Shown here piece by piece: positions 1-12,247 of a stretch of 64,000 nt of DNA. Source of the stretch: Marsupella aquatica (lineage: Eukaryota; Plantae; Marchantiophyta); NCBI GenBank assembly GCA_973895155.1, contig OZ316891.1, positions 14,539,037 to 14,603,036 on the forward strand, written 5' to 3'. The translations under genes and the position numbers were made by a program. The first letter of the stretch is position 1, and each line of letters starts with the position of its first letter. The notes under the pieces were generated by a model. It was given only the letters and a program-made list of their open reading frames with translations. It had not been told where the DNA came from and did no database searches.

Positions 1-1029
1 TTCGAGCAGCGCCTTCTTGAGTAACATAGAAATCAATCGTCGGTCGGTCGGTGGATAGAGGCGGCCACTACAGATGCAATCCCTCCCTTGTTCTTTCCTC
101 GGGTCTAGAGAGAGAGAACGGAGTAGTCGAGAACTTCATGATACCGATTAGCCGTACATTTAAAAGTAGATGATAATGATATTCCACTCCGTTGCGAGCT
201 GACTGCCCGCCAGCATGAAATTCTCCGTTCCTCAGGAAACCCAAGAGAGGCCAGTTTGCAACCACCTGATTCGTCCCAGGACAGAGAAAAAAGAGCGACC
301 TAGTCCGAAGCCCAAGCATGAGACCCTCTATCGCGCCTAGCAACAAAGTCTCCGAGTGAGACCGTCGGTAGGTCGTTAGAGCTCCAGTTGAACAATGAAT
401 GACACACAAACCGCAATCCGAGACCAGCAGGAACTTCGTCAGAACAATGTCATCGCATGCATGAACGACGATCGAGCAACTAAGTTAAAATCCTTCTCCG
501 ACCATGAACTTACTGCTGAGAGGACAACAATGCCCGATTGAGAGCTTCCTGCTGGTTCACGCCGAGCAAAAATTGAGCGATGCTCTGACTCATCACTCTG
601 ACTAAACCCTCGCTCCCTTCCTTTCTCAGTTGCTTCCGGAGCCAATTATGAAGTTGAAATCACAGAGAGCGATTAAGCATACTATACGAGGCGGTCACGT
701 CAGCGCAAGACTCGGTCACCAGAAGTGCGATATCGTCTCTCTCTCAATCTCTTCTTTCTCTAGCAGCAAAATGGACTCTCTGGAATGTCTTCTGGGCTCC
801 ACCATACTTCCTTCCTTTCCCCCCTTCGTCGGTTCCTTCCTTCCTGCTCTGCTTCTGAAGTGGTACTTTTCTGGGAAGGCAAAGCAGCCGGCTCCTCGAT
901 TGCTTTTCGTCGTCTTCGATCCTCCACCACCTTGGTACAGTGAAATGAACGAACGCTACTGTAGTAATCGGTAATCCGTTGCTTGCTCGTTGGCCACGGG
1001 CCAAGGAGACAAACCCCAAACCCGAGCAA

Positions 1030-1440
1030 GCCACTCCACTCCACTCCACTCCACTCCTCCACAGTCCAAACACCACCAACAAAACCCTAAACTTCACTCG
1101 AAAATTAATGTACTACTTACTCATCACACCGTCCTTCAATCAATCAATTCATCAATCCATCAATCCATCAATCAATCAGTCTAACACAAAGCGCTCAGCA
1201 CTCATGCATTGAAAGCACGTCTTCTCGTCTCGTCTCGTCTCGTCTCGTCTCGTCTTCTAGATTCACCAGCAGCCAGCTACCGACAGTGGTGGCCTCCATG
1301 CAGAGGGTGTCTCGAAGCAATCTCCAAATCGAGGAGAGGAATTGTCAAACTATGCTTGCTGAATTGCTGCTTTGCTGATTGGCGTTGCTGATTTGCTTTG
1401 CTTTGCTTTGCTTTGCTGCTCGAATCGAATCGAATCGAAC
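1030..1440. repeat. Microsatellite cluster: (CCACT)n, (CAAT/CCAT)n, (TCGTC)n, (TTTGC)n, (TCGAA)n
   Basis: Short tandem arrays visible at about 1031-1056, 1137-1178, 1224-1254, 1393-1416 and 1420-1439. May lie in the 5' leader of a gene running off the left edge (inference). Confidence 0.85.
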
Positions 1441-1603
1441 GGATTAAGTGTGGAAAACAGTGGTTCGGTCGTGTAGGGAATCGGCCACACGGACGGACCG
1501 CTGAGGTTTATGGATCGCAGAGTTCCCGAAGGTAATTATTGATTGACCACATGATTCCATCATTTTCCCCATCATTTTTCCCATCATTTTTCCATCATTT
1601 GTT

Positions 1604-1765
1604 TTTTGCCTTGAAAACCCAAAGCAGACCCATCTAAAGCAGACCCATTCTTATTTTTGTTGGCCCTGAAAACCGGCCCAAAGCAGACCCATCTAAAGCA
1701 GACCGATTTTTATTTTTGTTGGCCTTGAAAACCCAAAGGAGACCTACCTAATAGACCTACCTAAT
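1604..1765. repeat. Degenerate ~60-bp tandem repeat (2-3 copies)
   Basis: Unit ...GCCTTGAAAACCCAAAGCAGACCCATCTAAAGCAGACC...TTATTTTTGTTG recurs at about 1607, 1663 and 1722. Confidence 0.75.
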
Positions 1766-2870
1766 CTATCAGACTTTTTATTTTGGATTATGCATCAGTG
1801 TAGGGTAGCCCACAAGGGGAGACTACACCCAGGGATCCTACAGGGACCAGTAGCAGGATGGAGAAGGGGTTGACCTAGAGCCGTGAAGTGACCAGCTAGA
1901 GGTGTAGGAGAAACCAATACTCTCACCACTACACCCCACCCGCACATACAGACACATGCCCTTGGGTGTGAAGGGAATCATGATCATTTTCACTCATCAG
2001 AATAGACTCCCCCCTACACTACTTAATTTAACCCAGGCTAATTTGATTTTTGCAGCTTTCAGCTACATTGTCACCAACGATGTTGAAATTACAAGATTGT
2101 CTTTTATTGTATGAATTAAATAAGCCACTATTTTGGAATTTACTCTCATTAAGTTGTGAACTTGCAGTCCATATACGGAACCATGGCATATTTGTAAACA
2201 CAAATAAACCCACAATTTTGTCAATTAAAACATCTTTGGTGACAAAGTAGTTCAAAGTTGCAAATTTTTTAAGGTTTTTCTATTTTGCCAGGGTGGCAAA
2301 TGTCACCTTGTGTTGTGGATGAAAGAGAAGATGCTAGGAATATTGCTTTTGTAATTTTGGTAGATTACTTTCTGACCTAGCTGTCAGGTTCTTAAAGTTT
2401 CTAAAACGTTTTGGTCAAACTTTTGATATTTATTCATTTATTGGGCTAACTGGGATGGCACTAAGGGACTGTAAATTGGGAAACTCAACTCCAACCCTTA
2501 GTGGATAATTTTACTCCACACCAGAAATCAGTGTCACACCACTATAGTCTATGATCTTGAAAGCCTATTAACAATGCCAGTAGAAAATCAAAACTGTATA
2601 TTGTCTACCCAAAACAAATCCAATAACCAAAAATCAGGTGCCTGAAACTCAAAGTGTTACCACTAGTGGGTTTGGTCAACACCCATTAGAGTAAGGCTTT
2701 CCAGTAAAGCCGGGAGATGCTCTTCCAGAACTTACTTAGTCCCCTCCTTTGACATACTGTACATGGAAAGTCAGTAGTTCACTGACACTGTAATTGTGGC
2801 ATTCTGTACCTAATACTGTAATTGTGAAATTTTGACTTCAGGACAACATTTCCTAGTGAAGGGATGAGAA

Positions 2871-3086
2871 ATTTGCTTGTTTGGGGTGAAAAATGAAAAG
2901 TGTGGCTTGGAGGGGGTGCAAGTTTTGAAATTCACTTGATGGGAGAGTTTCTTTGCAATTTACAAGTCTTGAAATAGGTTGCTATGATTCCCCATCAAGT
3001 CAGTTTCAAACGTTGCACCCACATCAAGTCACATTTTTCAGCTTTTTTTGTTCACATTTTTCAGTTTACACCCCCATCAAGCAAAT
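2871..3086. repeat. Imperfect inverted repeat (fold-back / MITE-like hairpin)
   Basis: The left arm TTTGCTTG..GGGGTG..TGAAAAGTGTGGCTTG..GGGTGCAAGTTTTGAAATTCACTTGATGGGA is the approximate reverse complement of CCCCATCAAGTCAGTTTCAAACGTTGCACCC..CAAGTCACATTTTTCA..CACCCCCATCAAGCAAA. The loop is about 45 bp. Confidence 0.7.
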
Positions 3087-3617
3087 GTTTATGACAAGAC
3101 AGTGCATTACATCATAGTAAAGGGGGAGGGGCTTTACAAGAGCAACCTGACAGACATTTCCTCATTTTCTCTCTTTAGATGACATCTAGCCCTGGTTTCC
3201 AAATGACAGGTAACTGTTGGTTTTAGAAAGAGGAGTGGCAGCAGTATACATTGAGAAACTACCAATCTTGTGTGGCACTTTGGGGGTCAAGGAAAAAGTC
3301 TGCTTGCCTTGTTTTTTAGGCCAATTTTAACTTTAGACCACCTCTGCAGGTGGTATTATGGTTTGTCCTCTCGGCATGAATGCCTTCCTGACACAGGTGC
3401 CTCTCTTTGTTTCAGGTTTGGAGCCCTACTTTTAGCCTAGAGACTCGTCCACTTGTTTTGGAATGGAGCAAGGGTCACAGAGTGAAGGCCTTGACCCCCA
3501 GAGAAAGTTCCATGTAGCCTAAGGACGACACTTTGTCCACCAACCCATGACAAACAAGGCACTCGAAATAGTACAGGGAAGGCCTAATAACAGTGGATGT
3601 ACTCCGGTGAGCAAATG

Positions 3618-3783
3618 CCACACTTTTGACATGAAAATGCTACCCATTCAAAGTTGGTGGAAAACAAGCAAAACCAACGGCACTAGGGAGCCACGTAATA
3701 AATATATCCACACTTTTGACATGAAAAGACTACCCATTCAAAGTTGGTGGAAAAGAAGGGAAACCATTTCCACTAGGGAGCCA
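3618..3783. repeat. 90-bp-spaced direct duplication
   Basis: CCACACTTTTGACATGAAAA..CTACCCATTCAAAGTTGGTGGAAAA...CACTAGGGAGCCA occurs at 3618 and 3708. Confidence 0.85.
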
Positions 3784-5132
3784 AATTATAAATAATGTGC
3801 ATAACGCCACCTACAGCTGGATCGTGCAAGAGAACTGACCTGGTATGCCATTTAGAGATTAAACAATTGTTATGAAACAATACCTCAAACAGGCGATCTC
3901 ACACTGATAACTACAGTAATGATTAACGAATTGAAATTGCCTTGTACAACCATCTCAAGGCCCACCATGAACTGAGAGATGGTACTCCATAAATATTCCA
4001 ATTCCTGTAGTGGCATGCAAAACATCCACCATACTTGCCCAGTGTGACACAATGGGTTTTCTATTCCAATCTTGGTGTTGTATTTGCACTAAAAACTATG
4101 GTCTTATGTTTCGAGGAAACAGGAGTGGTTGGCTTATCGTCCCTCCACACCACATCTAAAGGATACCAACTAGTGTGTTCTATGGTTGCTTGTCCAAACC
4201 ATCAGTCACTTAAAGACACGTCACAATCTTGTATACGTTTGTCACAACGGACTCAAAGCTCCAAAGAAACAATACTCCAGAAAATGGAGAGAAAACTGTG
4301 TTTGAAGCCTTCAACCCTTTCCTAGCGAGGCCTGCATCCAAATTAAAACATTCATGCCCACTGTCTGTTCCACTTCACATTGTTCATGGTAGAAATGATG
4401 TTGAACATATGCTCGAAGCTTTGGCGGACAGCACCAGTGGATGAAGTTGCCACAATTGGGTCGCCTAACACCGTAGGGACCTGCCGTTAGTATATGAGCA
4501 TGTCCTGGTCGCTGACGAGTACATCTATCAATTTGGACCTACTAGTTTAGCGAGTTACTGAAAATCGATCACAATGTCCAAACAGCAAGTTGAAGACACC
4601 CAGATCTCGAAAGGTGCTATTCGGGAAAACGCTGACATCTGCTGCTGCTGTAAGTGAGTCTTAGTACATGCCTCTGACAAGAATTTCATTTACTCATCTA
4701 CAGGCTTTACACTAACCACTAAATACTGCGAAGAAGGGCCAAGGTGCTCAGCCTCTTCTTTGACTCCTCTGAGTACCTCTCTTGATCAAAGACATTGAGA
4801 GAATATCAACGCAACAATTATATCTAGTTTCTCGAGAAGAAGTTGACGACGAGAAGCATAACCCAGGTAATACAGAAATGTTCCTTGGCTGGTACTGAAA
4901 ACAAGATCGGGAATTGATGAGCATGGCCCCGGAACATTGTGACATTCTGAACAATGAACAAATTATACAGCTCATAAAACCAAATGGGAATGTTGAAAAT
5001 TTGTGTAACACAAACATCTGTATCCGAAGGGGTTCAGGACCAGCTGACTAATAATGTACATAAGACCTAGAGTTGAAAGGGAGTCTAACCCCTTAATACT
5101 GTCCATGATGTATGAAGATGCCGTGATGACTT

Positions 5133-7021
5133 TCATGTGTCAAAACCTGAGTAAACCCCCGAGTCTCTTAGGAGGCGTTTCTCTTCTTCAACATAGCTTT
5201 TCCCTCTACTAGCTTGTCCAAGATCCCTCTTCCGTTTTTCCTTTTGAGAGAAGGAGCGAGCCTTTTGTTCAGCAACAGCATCCCTTTTCTGTTGTTTCGC
5301 AAAGGCAGATTCAGCTAGTGCTGTTGTAGCCATCTGCAATACACATGCAATGAATGAACGCCCCGGATATGGAAGACAGCCGATCTTGCAAATCAATCAA
5401 AGAATTTCAAGGAATTGAACCACATCTTTAGTTGCAAAGGGAGGGAATTGTCATGGTTACTACGACAGACGATGGAGATGAACTATAGCTGAGTTGAACA
5501 TCCACTCGGACACTACTGCCTCTGTCAATACGACTGACAAAGAAAACGAGAGCGAGACAGATACAAGACGCAAGATAAAAATGAAAAATAAGTGAAACGT
5601 TTCTACGTTTGCCAGGATGGTTCCAATATGAAATTGCACAGTGAACATGCAAGATTTTGTTGCTGATCGCAAAGGCATAACTATGATAACTGAGTCTAGC
5701 ATGGAAGAACCTTCACGTCTATCGAAAATCAAGCGAAATGCACAGGAAGGGCTCACCGTCACAGTTTTTTCATTGGCTAACTCCCTGGTAAGTTCCCTCT
5801 CCTCGATCGACTCCTCGCCCCGCTGTCCTTCACTCTCCCGCTTTCCGTTTGACCACGACCAGTTCTCATCTCCCGCTTCTTGCTTTGGAGCAGGAACATG
5901 AAGAATGGATGGTCCCCCAGAGTAGCCATGCCGGCTCAGGTCATCAAACCCTAGCTTGGGCTTCTTAACACCTACAATTACCTTCTCCGCATCCTTCTTT
6001 TCTGCAATCAAGACAAGAAAGTTTATAGCATGAGTAACTTGGATAGCCTACTGAATGACAACTCGGTTGAGCTGGAAACGATATCTTTGGTACTGCAGGG
6101 AGTCAATAGACTTGTGGTTTCTCGGACATGTCGTACTCACTTCTCCAAAATGATGAAATCTCCAATCTGACTGAGCACCTTGGAGCAGGTCTAGCCGCAA
6201 TATAAGCACTGTGAAGGATGGGAGCCCGGTGAGGAGTACATTGCAAATACGCAATTCCCCTTGGTCCTATGGTTGCATAAATTAGCGACATTCTTGACTG
6301 TGAGAAGGCCAGGCTTTCCGATTCCAGGGATGCAAGGGTGGAGAAGCAATGCACGTGATTGGTAGTCCTTACTAAGATTATGGGATGACTCTCTTTTCCT
6401 TTGCAAGCAACTGCTGTCCGAAACTACATCCTCGTCTAAACTTCACTTTTCTACTGCTAGCGAAGCGGGGCTCCGAGATCATCCGATTTCGAAATGACAG
6501 TTCATGCAAGAAAGAATTACATCCTGTCATTGAAAGACAGATACTCAAAGAAAGAGACCAAACCATACCGTCCTCGCAGACCGATTCTATTAACGAACGA
6601 GGGAAAGCAAGAGACCAACAAAATATTACTTGCTTAGTTCATAATAAGCAAACAATCAAAGGACGGGGTGTTGCTTCCTTCCTTCCTTCCTTCCTTATAC
6701 TCCACTTCCTTTAAAACGAGTGAGAGCACTACACTCTTAACACAGCTTAGATTCTCATTCACTAGCTTCGCAATACAAGATGAACAGATGGATGCAGATG
6801 TCACCGTTCTCAAAAAGTTTATTTCTTCTTCAAAGATACAGAACAAAAAGCACCGCAACTTATCTCCAGAGCAATAGCAAATAAAATCAACAAGGACCAC
6901 CCAACTTACGCGAGACTGCTGCACCCGCTGCCCTTGATTTCTGCTCGTCGTCCTCAGAATCAGGATCCGAGGACGAATCGTCGCTCAGTGCAGTCAGCGA
7001 ATCCATCGCTTTCCATGCCAT
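5133..7021 (-). CDS. Small conserved charged protein, UPF0690/C1orf52-like (about 185 aa, 3 exons)
   Basis: Exons 7021-6910, 6001-5757 and 5333-5133 join in frame through GT-AG introns (558 nt). Acidic N-terminus (SDDSSSDPDSEDDE), then the blocks GFDDLSRHGYSGGPSILHVP, NWSWSNGK and SFSQKEKRKRDLGQASRGKSYVEEEKRLLRDSGVYSGFD. The family name is from recall of the C-terminal motif and needs a search. Confidence 0.8.
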
Positions 7022-7379
7022 TTTGTCTCGTCACCCCGAATTCTCCGAATTCTCCGAACTTCCTCAATTCCAAAATTCGCCACTGCTCTTCAATCAACCT
7101 GCAGATTGAATTTTCGAAGCTCCAATTCGTGTCCAGAATCGATCTAGCTCTGTTTCTTCCGTCCCACATGGTCCAATCCCGTCTTCCAATCGATAATCTC
7201 GGACCCTAATTCATTCAAGGGAGGCACCATCGTGGGAAACAACTCAAAGAAGGAAATCAGTTTGGCCTTGCTAGGCCAGTTTAACATCCCTTTCGCTTAA
7301 TTAAAATATTTATTATCTACCCCCTTAGTTTGGAGTTTAGGGGCTTCACACCTTTTCTTTACCTTTGCTTTGACAGTTT

Positions 7380-7540
7380 TTTTCGGCCAGTGCTATCTTT
7401 TGCGTAGAGCAGGGCCTTCCCACCTTTTCTTCGATTGTTTCTTTTCGCCGGTGTGATCTTTTGCATAGAGCAGGGCTTTCCACCTTTTCTTTGATTGTTT
7501 TCTTTTTTGGCCACGGGGACCATTTGGTAGAGCAGACTCC
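7380..7540. repeat. ~63-bp tandem repeat (2-3 copies)
   Basis: ATCTTTTGC.TAGAGCAGGGC.TT.CCACCTTTTCTT.GATTGTTT occurs at 7395 and 7457. Confidence 0.75.
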
Positions 7541-9460
7541 TCATCCCAAGTTCTTGTGACTCCTCATCCCCCAGTTCTTGGAGTCACTGCCTTCTTTAGC
7601 TAGAGTGTGTCTATTGCACTACAAAGGGCTCTCCATCCAAAATTTTGAACTTGGATGTCATTTCAAAATGCTCCTAGTATGAAATGTTTGTTTATGTTAT
7701 TTATTGTAAGTCAAGGTTATGTCTCTAGAGAAAGTTTTGAAACTAAAGCCCGGATGTACTGCTATGTTGTCTCTAACTATCCCCATATATTGTGATAGGG
7801 GTCAGATCATATTACACCTAATCATGAGACAACCCAACTAAAAAAGGATGGAGAATTCTCTCATTAATTGTTTACTTGCGTTTCTGTCACAATAAGTACA
7901 TTATGTGCACCTAAAAATCAAATTGAGAGTTTGAATGGAATGGATTCAATGTGCACATTAAAAATCTCCTGTAGCTTTGCAGCGGCAAAGTACTCAGCAC
8001 TCTTTGTAACAACAGCAACACTCTCTAGAAAAGAGTATTCACAATACTCCAAAAACTTTATATCTCAAGTAACTCTGTAACAATAAAGTTGGTCAAAACA
8101 CTCTTTATAACAAGAGCAATGATCTCTGAAAAATAGTATTTCACAACAATGCTCATGCAAATTCCAATTTCCTTTAGCTTTGCAATGAGAAAATTACTAC
8201 AATTCCGGTAACAAGATTCTTCAACAACATTTTTGGAAGTTTGTCATTTTTGCAAAGCATCAATGCCCTAGAATCTCACAAAAGTGTGTTGGAAATTATT
8301 TATCCATTTGTGAAAATTGAGCTTATTTGGGCTTTACATTTGCCCCTTATCTTCTTTGGTGGAAATTGTTTCTTTGGTTGACGAGTCATTGTGGTGCTTG
8401 CTTCCTCCCTTTTGAGGGTAATAAACATTGAAGATATGTTTCGAGTAAATTAAGTCCATTTGGTTTTTCAATCATTGAGCAAACCACTTGAGGTGTATGA
8501 GTAAAATGTGAATCACTCAATCTACTCAAACTTTCATCTACCATGAAGACCAGATATGTTATTTATATGTAAGGACCTAAATGTACTTCACTTTTTATCC
8601 TTTTTAGTAACTGTGTGGAGAGGAAAGAGTATTGGGAGAATGGGGCAAAGCTTCCAATTAAAAAAGTACTGGCCACTAACAAAGTATCTGTAGGACAAGT
8701 GGGTGAGAGAGTTAGAAAAATGACAAAATGTTTGGACAGAAGTGATGATTGGTTGCTGACAGTGTAGTATTGGGACAGAATTGTAAATAGCAATATCCAA
8801 GCATATGTCTATGTTTTAATCCAGTCCATGTAGGTTTGGTTGATCCATCAAGGCTTCATGGACAACGTGCAGGTGAATCCGGGCTTTAATTTAAAAAAAA
8901 ATCTAGTAATAAAAGTCTATATAGTGATCTTTGCAACCTTAGAAAATCACATGTGAACAAAAGCTTTGGGATACAGATCCCACCCACTCTGATGGATCTA
9001 GTTTTTTACACTTCTTTAAAAACACTTTACTGTACACCAACTCAATAGAGTATTTGTAAACATTGAATTCTATTTGTGAATTGTGGAGCAAATAAACATT
9101 CTCCCTCTTTCCTCAAACACATTGAAATGCAATTGGATGTATCCATGAAGGCAACAATCTCTTCATAAGATGTAGAAACAAAAACACTCTTGAGAAGTTA
9201 TAAATGGTATCATGGTATTGAATTACATTAACAAGTTTCTCAGATTTTGTCCAGGTTTCAAAGTCTATCTGGGCATATATTGGATTCTTTTTCATTACAT
9301 TTATTGTTTTTTTATGGAGAGAAAATGGATTACTATTATTGGAATCCAAGGGGGCTTTATTACCTTTTGATGGGGGAGGAGGCAGACCAAGATTAGTCTC
9401 GATAGGAGGGAGTATGCTTGTGACACTCTCTTGAGAAGAGGACAAATCTTCATAGGAAAC

Positions 9461-9743
9461 CCCAGTTTAACCTGACGGGCACCTTGATGCCTTGTCGGGC
9501 ACGTCAAATTGTCAAATGACGACCCAAAAATGACCAATTTGACGGATATTCAAAAAGATTCTCCCGAACTCACCCGAACCTGAACCCCCCCGAACCCCCC
9601 CGGAGCACCCCCAAACCGCCCCCGAACCCGTACCCACCCCCCCAAACCCGAACCCACCCCTCCCGGACAACTCCCGAGCCCGGGTGCCAGTTGCCCATTT
9701 GCCGGCCATTTTCGCCCAGTTTGACGGGCAAGGTCAAACCGGG
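9461..9743. mobile_element. Non-autonomous hAT-type MITE (283 bp)
   Basis: Exact 8-bp TSD TAGGAAAC at 9453-9460 and 9744-9751. 13-bp imperfect TIRs CCCAGTTTAACCT / AGGTCAAACCGGG. Internal CCCGAA(C) subterminal-type repeats. An 8-bp TSD is characteristic of hAT elements. Confidence 0.8.
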
Positions 9744-10772
9744 TAGGAAACTCTCCTAGCTTCCCTTATTTCTCACTGAAACACCTTAGACACTATACAC
9801 TCTTAAATAACCACTCTCCCAGAATCTCTGAGAGGACAAAACAATCCACTTCGTTACTCAAGAATATTTTCAACAACCCTGCCCCCAAGCTGTGGGAGGA
9901 TAAACAATCCACTTCTTTGCTCAAGAATATTTTCAACCAATTATGGTACTAGATCCACCAGGTTTTGCTTTGGGGACACAATATAGTCCACTTTTGTACC
10001 TTGAGTATTTTTCAACTAATTATGGTGGTCTTAAAATAGAACCCCTACCTTTGACCAGTTTCTTAGGGTTTGTGCAAATTTGTTGGGTATTGAACATATG
10101 CCTTATCCATCTGTCTCTGTCCTCACTTCCCCCCGCCACTACCTTCTATCACCATAAGGTATCCATGACCCTTCACCAGGCCCAGTCTTTCACTATCCTT
10201 TGTAGAACTGAGGCAATTTATTATAGGGTCTATAGACAGATTTCACTCCCTGACTCTCCTAAACAGGTTACTTCAGAGTTTTACCAGGTGTTTCAGTTTG
10301 CTGCCCAATACAGTGTTAGTCTTTTGGGCTTTGTTTTGTTAGTGCTATTGGGTTCTTTGTTTTTTTCTTGTTTGATGTTGTAGGGGACACCATGCCTTGT
10401 TGGACCTCTTTGGTATTCTTGGGGCCCATTTGCCCTTACTCTTCTGTGTGTTGAGTTGCTTTGCATTTGAGACCATCCCTCTCCATTCAGGTGTTCTTGT
10501 TTTGGGGTTCCTTGTGGTAGTGGATTCAATGTTTCTTGTTCCTTTGGTGTTGTGGGGGACTACTCAGCTTGTTGGATCTCTTTGGTGTTCTTGGGGCCAC
10601 TTCCCACTCCTCTTCCCCTTTCTTTATTGGATGGCTTTGCCTTTAAGAAAATGTCTCCCTTTTGGGATACCTTGTGTTAGTGGGTTCTATTTTTCTTGTT
10701 CCTTTGGTGTTGTGAGAGACCTTGGCTTGACAGATCACTTTGGTTCTATAGGCTATTTCCCCTTCCTCTTAC

Positions 10773-10975
10773 TTTCCCTTGGGTTGCTTTGCCTTTGGGA
10801 CGATGTCTCCCAGTTCCCTTCACTTTTGGGGATTGCTTTGTCTTTGGGACCACACTTTCCCTTGGGTTGCTTTGCCTTTGGGACAATGTCTCCCAGTTCC
10901 CTTCACTTTTGGGGATTGCTTTGTCTTTGGGACCACGTCTCCCTCCCCCTTATTGGATTCCTTTGCCTTTGGGGG
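10773..10975. repeat. ~83-bp tandem duplication within a pyrimidine/G-rich repeat relic
   Basis: TTTCCCTTGGGTTGCTTTGCCTTTGGGAC.ATGTCTCCCAGTTCCCTTCACTTTTGGGGATTGCTTTGTCTTTGGGACCAC occurs at 10773 and 10856, followed by a partial third copy. Confidence 0.85.
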
Positions 10976-12247
10976 CCATGTAGTCCCGTTTAGAGTAGTG
11001 TGTTTCGGAACCACTGAGTAATTTCTGAAGAATGTTTTTGACTAATTATGATCTCGATTACTCTAAGTTTTGCGCTGGGGACATTAGGAGACCAGAGGAG
11101 CAGTACTCACTTTTTCTTTACGAAGGGAAACCTGAGGACCCCATCTCGTAATCATTGTTACATTCATAAGCTCACAAAAAATGCTCAATTACCACCGATC
11201 CTTAGTATTGACGATTGTTTTTGGTATAGGCAACTGAGCCAGGCACCTACTGTAGCTGCCATATGTTCACGATCTAAATTTGGTTTTCGTCAGTCCAAGG
11301 GACGCGGTAGTTGACAGGAATGATATGTAAAAGTGGAACGGTAGAGATTGAGCATTTTCGCCTCAGGATAAAGTTAGGGTTGGATTTTAAGTCTGGTGCC
11401 CTGATTTGAACCAAAACACTCGACAGGATCTGAGCCTGAGAACAGTTTAAACAGCATACATTATAATTTGGAACAGAATATAGAGCGGTAACAAGCAAAA
11501 ATAGGTGAAAGGGCATATGAAAATTATTTTGACCCAGGCAGAATCGTCACTCCATCCCACAAACAAGCTGTAGGAGATACGAAACAGTTTTCCACAGCAA
11601 CAAGGAAGCAACCGGAGTTCCAGCATCAATCCCTCGTTAATATCACACTTTTCTGAAGGCAGGCGAGTGCAGCATTGACAGAAAAATCCCTAGTATCCAC
11701 CTAATGGTAAGATAATCAGATAGATTACAGCTTGGTGAGAAAACACAACAAAGACGAAATGGGATGCTTTGAATTGCACAAAAAACAATGCAACCCACAG
11801 GAAACCACCATAGTTGTCAATCGAATGGCATTGAAGGTTCGGGGTCAGAGGTCGGCAGAATCGTTAGTACTTGTTGGGAGCGAGAAACCGCATGACTTGG
11901 GAGAGGGGAGGCTCATGCTCCCTAGGACCCAACGTGCAGTTCCATTCAAAATGCTATATTGACAATATGACACATGGGTATCTCCAGAACCTTCCACTTT
12001 CCAAACGAAATGGGTCACCTGAGCGACAGGTTCTGTGGAGGGTACATCATTCACATAATAGTTCCAGACTTCAAGAGAAGTGTTTTGGAATGGAGGAGGA
12101 AAGGAGGGCCAGCCACAGAGTGCCATTTGAGAAACCAAAACAACACTCCACCTGCATCAGACTAAGCACAGAACAGGCCCCAAAGGGACAAAAAGGATAC
12201 CATAAGCACAGACCTCATCCACAATTGTAATACGAGTTCTAGAGTAG

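Noticed and set aside
1-1400. Several 60-117-aa ORFs on both strands
   Set aside because: They overlap microsatellites and have no recognisable motifs. Probably leader or intron sequence of a gene outside the window.
1799-2017. Possible solo LTR (TGTAGGG...CCCTACA)
   Set aside because: The terminal inverted heptamer is present but there is no target-site duplication.
9943-11021. Hydrophobic 146- and 198-aa ORFs resembling membrane proteins
   Set aside because: They arise from T/G/C-rich low-complexity repeat DNA that includes the 83-bp duplication, and show no family motif.
11845-12138. 97-aa minus-strand ORF just downstream of the kinase, as a possible third cistron
   Set aside because: No recognisable domain (not an HPt or response regulator). 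More likely 3' UTR.
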